Under the pieces are notes generated by a model, which searched no databases, was not told the origin of the DNA, and saw only the letters and a program-made list of their open reading frames with translations. From the NCBI GenBank assembly GCA_030704615.1, contig CM060731.1, forward strand, positions 17,546,001 through 17,610,000: a stretch of DNA of 64,000 nucleotides, read 5' to 3'. This stretch comes from Takakia lepidozioides. Lineage: Eukaryota > Plantae > Bryophyta. Positions within the stretch are counted from its first letter, which is position 1. Each line of letters starts with the position of its first letter. Position numbers and translations under genes: made by a program. Shown one piece after another: positions 58,940 to 64,000 of the stretch.

Positions 58940-61900
58940 TCAAAGAGAAGTTGGTGGAGCTCCACGCGAGGTGTCCCGCTGTAGAAGGGTGTTCACTTCT
59001 CCATAGCCTAGTGTGGCTTGGTGGATGAATTGGTCTCTCTTACCGTCGCAACACATAATCACAAGGTATATGTAATATTGATGCTTGCAGGGGACCCACT
59101 TCCCCCTCATGCCGAGAGCGCCCTCACGCATCGTTACAAAGTCCGGACAAGTGCACGAAGGGAAATTCCCGATGGTAACCTGATATTCTTTGCCATGAAG
59201 AACTGACCCAATTGACAGCACTGTGTAAATCCGTCCATACCCCGGAGAAGGGACTTCGGTGATACGAGACACCCGAGCCTGCAAAATTCTAGCAGATTCC
59301 ATCTTGCATTCGTGATCTGCACCCGAAGCGAAACGGCGCACTGTTTTTCCATCTCTTTTTGTTGGGTGGGAGTCGGCACAGGGTGGTGGCATTGCCGGAG
59401 CATGTGGCACATCTGTGCCGACAGTGCATGAGGGCACCACCCGGGACCGTGCAAGACAGAACCCTCCCTCCTCCAGCATGCTTATCTCGGTTGATGACAG
59501 CGACGTCCCAATTTGCACAGGCCAAATTGCGGGGGGAGGGGGTTTCATTATCACCGAAGGATGAACTGTTCCCTTCACGCATCGTGCCATATCGTCTGGG
59601 CAGAACCAAAATTTGTGGTCCTTTGACTCCCCACTATGATAAGGTCGGAACAACCCTGTGAATGTTGGAGCTGGAGTCCCCCTGGAGCCTTTGCATATCT
59701 TTGATTTGCATTTCTTGAATGAGGGGGTCCGAATTGCCATGCAAGCCACTCTAGATCCTGGTGGGGTGCGTTCTATATGCCACTCACTATCAATGCAATC
59801 GGATTCCTGCACCATGGCCACCGCCTCCTCCAATGGGATTCCCGCTGCTGTGCTTGTATGTTCTGCACGTGCTCCACTGGAGGAGGACCCACCTGGGAAG
59901 GGGCGGGCACACGACTCAGTCTGCAGTGGAGACACCTTTGGCACAGAGAAATTGACCCTGTCTGGCCGATGGGAATCTCCATCTGACCCTGGAAGAGTGT
60001 TCAATTTCCTTTTGCATGATCCAAATCTTTCCTCGCCTTCCAAACGGGGGATCCTGGATTGTAGAGCGGACCCTTCAGTGCATCTGTTTAGAGCTCTGGC
60101 CATCTTTGACGGGACTCCGGACCTACTCGCAGCCCTTAGCATCAACAAAGTCGTATCAGGGCCCTTGCCTCCACCCCGTCCCATCAGAAAATTGCGGTAC
60201 CTGGTTTGTTGTGTAAGTGCACGCACCATGTCATCAGCAGTGGCCACATACAAGTCACGACCTGCTTTGGTAGACTGCTGCATCCAGGCGTTGTGAACAG
60301 TCTCCGCCAAATTACAGGATGGCATGTCGGCCAAGTCCTCCAAGGACATGTCCTGCAGGAGGCATTGCATGGATATGTCAGGAACGAAAACAAATGGTAG
60401 AGGTTCTTCAAGTGACAATCGAAGAACCCCAAATGAACAGGCACGATGCAAAATTTCTGTTTTTGGGATTGAAGAGGCTTACCGTCGTCATGAAAGCTCC
60501 CCACTGTCTGTACCTAAGTGCCAGAAAACCAACCAGTCCTCCAACTCCTTTACGTGGGTACCTGTTGCAGCACCAGAGGAGAACCACCAAGCCCGGATTG
60601 CCTGGTAAGTGCTCTCAGCTTCTCCCATTGAGGTGGCATTCTTGTACTTGAGACAGAGCCTTCTGTGCTCCAACTGCAGGTCAGGGCGAATGCAGCGCTT
60701 TGTATGACGTGCCAGAGATTGAGTCCAATGGAAGAGGCATGTGCGCTCCCTATTTTCCATTGGGACCTTAGGATCCCCCGAACCAAACACGCGTCGCACT
60801 GCATTGAAATTTGCCTGTGCACTATCAGCCATGAAGCCCGCAAAATTTGTGTTTTGTATTCCATTGCGCTGCATGACGGCCAAGAGCGAATTCCACATGA
60901 GCATTTGGGATTCAGTGTCCTCCGACTGCATATCACAAATTGCTATGGAGAGCACACGCTGGTACGCCGGATCATACACATGGCACGCCATGGTTGTCCA
61001 ACCCTTCACCCGTTTGCAGTGATCAAACATTAACCAACATTTAGCCAAATCTCCTCCTGGTTGCATACGGCGGACAATGCTCACACCACTGCCTTCGCCC
61101 ACAGCGGACATCTTGAACAAATACACCTTGGACGAGCCCTGGCCAGGGAAGATACTGTTTTGAATGAATTCATAGCGACTCCTCCGTTTCAGGTCCATAA
61201 TGTTGTCCATGAATCCAGCAGTGCCTGTGCCCATTCTGAGTGCAACCTGGTTTCGAATATTGGGAGAGCTCAACACGGAGAAATGGTCCATGACTGCATT
61301 AAGCGAATCTGCATCCAACATAAGTTCTGTCGCATCCCCTTCACCCAGTATGTGTTTCTCCAAGAATGCCTTGCTAGCTGCAAGCGCTATAGCAGAAGGT
61401 GTTGCACAAGGGGCATTGTGGAACTCCTGCTTCAGCAGATTTCTAGCGATGTCCACGCTATCCCTGCAACTTCCTTTGGACACAGGATGCTCGTGTGCAC
61501 CCATATGAATGCAGGCACGAGTCATTGTCTTGCATCGGTGTGCCACCTGATACATACGAGCGTGGCACACAGAAACACAGGACGGGGAAAGTTTGCAGAA
61601 CCTGCACACGAAAGTATTGGTCCTGGGAGGGGCAAGCCCTGGGGTGAAAGGATTCAGGGGCACACCTTCCCACTCACTTTCGTTTGGTTGAGCGCTGTTT
61701 CTCAGGCGAGGGCAAGAAATATTCTGGCACTTACAATGCCCAACGCAGACTGACCTCCGAAATTTCAAGCCAATGTCGTTATGGATGTTCGACGTTTTTG
61801 TCCTGCACCAAGGATGTCCGTCATGTTTCTTGTCCATGCCCTGTAAAAGCCCAGCCAGTCCAGTGGAAGAGGTGGGAGGGTTGAGCTCAAACAAGATGTC

Positions 61901-62499
61901 CCCATCAAACTGTGCTGGCACGTATTGAACCCGTTGCACAGGAAGGGACTCCCAGTCAACAAAACGCAGCTCGCTCTTGCACCCAGGCACACCTGCGAGG
62001 GCTTTCAATTTTGGAATGACACTCGTTATCTCTTGCAATTCGTCATCATCCAATGACGGAGTTGCACTGGCGGAGGAATCTCAGAAACATCCTCCGAGGA
62101 CGAGTCTGAAAGAGTCACGAAGGTAGTGGATGTGCTCACCTCTTGTTTCACAGGAACTGTGCCCTTCTGTTGCACGACCGATGCTGCAGTGCCAGGGGTA
62201 ACGACCGATCCTGCTGATTGTCTTCTCTCTTTTCCAAGGACACGGTATGTGCCTGGAAGGACTCTCCACTTCCTTCCACACTTGCCAACCAATGGTTTCT
62301 CCAAGTGCCCAGAATCCAAATTCCCATCCTCGTCATACACCTCTTTTTGAACAAGGAGAGAACCCAACTCCAGCGGGAACACTGTAACCAGCTCATCCTC
62401 ATGAACAACTGCAAACCCATCGTCGTCTGCAGTGGCAGTCAGTGGAAGAGTACCTGCATTGGAATGGAATCGAGCAAGTGTATCTCGCTCCCTCGACAT
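58940..62499 (-). CDS. MULE-type transposase: GCM-like Zn domain, DDE core, SWIM finger (one intron, two frameshifts)
   Basis: CVGHCKCQNISC..CRFC..HMGAHEHP; MFDH, FMADSAQA, CLFHW, NLAETVH; SWIM CTCPDF..CKH. GT-AG intron 60482-60353 is in phase; frameshifts at ~62055 and ~60515. Confidence 0.75.
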
Positions 62500-63355
62500 G
62501 TTTTCCCTCACTGAACGAAAGTTGCGGAATCCTCGAACTGATAGCCCGCAATTACCGAAAGGGGAATTAAGACAAGCAAACCGAGGTCAACAAGGCTAGC
62601 TCCAATCCAAAGGTTGCAGGTGATGCATGAAAGGATGTAGGGATGAGATGCACCTTCACTTCGGAAACAGCAACGCCAAGAGGCACTAACCAGAAAAACT
62701 GTTTTCAAATACTACAAGAAGCCGTGCTGTTTATGGATGAAAACAAACACTGAAAACGACATGAAACCATCCATTATGAAAAGATGACAACAACCCTGGA
62801 GAGCAGTAAACAGGAAGACCACAAATGTCATGAGGTTGTGCTGTGCCAGAAGAGCACAGCACAAACACTGACACTGCAGAAGATACCTCGCACGAATGCG
62901 TGCCAGACATGGTCGTATCCGACAGAACCCTTTATGCCGAATGACCCCATGGCGACGGTAACGGTAAACTGCAAACCACAGGGTAGGCAGTACAACACAC
63001 GTGGATGCATATGTGAAGCATAACAATTATTGCGGATCTGCAAGAACTGCTCAAAAATGAACTAGCATTAGATTTCTACGGCACATCCGAATTTGAAAGA
63101 AAGCAAGAAGGCCGCGGTGTATTGGCAGGCGGCGCAGTACATCTGACATATATCGCTAGTGCATGCAACGGATGTACTTTTTTTCTTGCGCTTTATTGTT
63201 TGGATAATACGGAGACGACGGAATGGATGAATTCCGTTCGCACACAATAACAACACCCGCATCCAAATATGGTTGATAACGTCCAATTTTGATTTTGGTT
63301 ACATGCCATAGCAGCACTTGTTACAAACGTCAAACTGGAGAGCTCTAGAGGCATC

Positions 63356-63760
63356 GTGGGGAGCCCTTGTTTCCAGCGTAGGAGGAAGAGAAGGAAGTCA
63401 CTATACTTCACGAGCTCTAGAAACAGGAATAGAGCCAGAGATAGAATGAGGATGGAAAGAGTGGACGAAGAGGAAAAGGAGATAGAAGAGGGAGTAGAGG
63501 AAAGTGTGGCGATGGAGGAGCAGGAATCAGCAGAAGAACAGCAGCCCGCCATAGTTCCAAGGACAGATGAAGAGGACACTGCATCTGAGGGAGAGACAGA
63601 CGAGATGGAAGAGGATGTTGAAGGTGGCCTCACGAGGAGTCTGCCTGCGGGAAGAGGAAGGGGGAGAGGCTCACGTACACGCTCGGCGCAGAGAGCAGCC
63701 CGAAGCGCAAAGGGTCCCCGACAATTGCGGAGTCTTCTAGAGCAGCCAAGAAAAAGGTGA
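63356..63760 (+). CDS. Acidic low-complexity ORF, possible divergent second gene of the Mutator-like element
   Basis: E-rich 134-aa ORF ending near a GT donor; no recognisable domain. Confidence 0.3.
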   Translation: MGSPCFQRRRKRRKSLYFTSSRNRNRARDRMRMERVDEEEKEIEEGVEESVAMEEQESAEEQQPAIVPRTDEEDTASEGETDEMEEDVEGGLTRSLPAGRGRGRGSRTRSAQRAARSAKGPRQLRSLLEQPRKR

Positions 63761-64000
63761 AATTCTTAAGACCCACATTTCTGTTTCGTTGCTGATATGA
63801 ATATAGCCCACACAGGACATCTGCACCACGCTGAAAGCACCGCAAACTGGAAGCCCAAACAGTGTGCGACAACGCACACTGTTTGGGCCTACCAATTTGC
63901 TTGATTGTTCAGGTGCGAAACGCCCAAACTTGGGCACTACAGCAGGTTCAACACAACCCAAATTGCAACCTCAAACAGTGTGAGTTGAGCTAAACATTTC

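Larger units (their letters stand above)
58549..64000 (-). mobile_element. Mutator-like element inserted in Tnp2; other end outside window
   Basis: Tnp2 homology stops after GVKRRTCLFD. New terminus GAGCGTAGCTACGGCGTGAGCCC; contains a DDE/SWIM transposase gene. Confidence 0.7.

Noticed and set aside
59658-61753. Plus-strand ORFs of 212 and 230 aa
   Set aside because: Antisense shadows of the transposase gene.

Overview
Eukaryotic DNA from a plant with flagellated sperm, most likely a seed-free land plant (SPEF2/CPC1 flagellar gene, plastid ClpR1, PLS-class PPR, plant PNG1). Bases 1-22.5 kb are genic: the 3' part of a multi-exon SPEF2/CPC1 gene whose introns hold LINE remnants and an intronless antisense ClpR1 copy, then a PPR pseudogene and an intronless PNG1. 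Bases 23.8-54.6 kb are a nested TE stack: L1 LINE > two non-autonomous DNA elements plus a Tcn1-like Gypsy > a second LINE (Dualen/RandI-like RT, 2A-like peptide) > a 12.65-kb Ty3/Gypsy element. Bases 56-64 kb are a CACTA element interrupted by a GCM-like/DDE/SWIM Mutator-type element. The highlight is the innermost Gypsy (36566-49220). It encodes a DNMT3-like C5 cytosine methyltransferase between protease and RT and a PHD finger on the integrase. It has a candidate self-priming PBS and a 10-bp CpG tandem array. Instead of two LTRs it has split direct repeats (A-body-B-A-B) with a 4-bp TSD, as expected if a 2-LTR circle were opened and integrated at an internal CA/GC/TG palindrome. All family calls come from motif recognition by eye; no searches were run.
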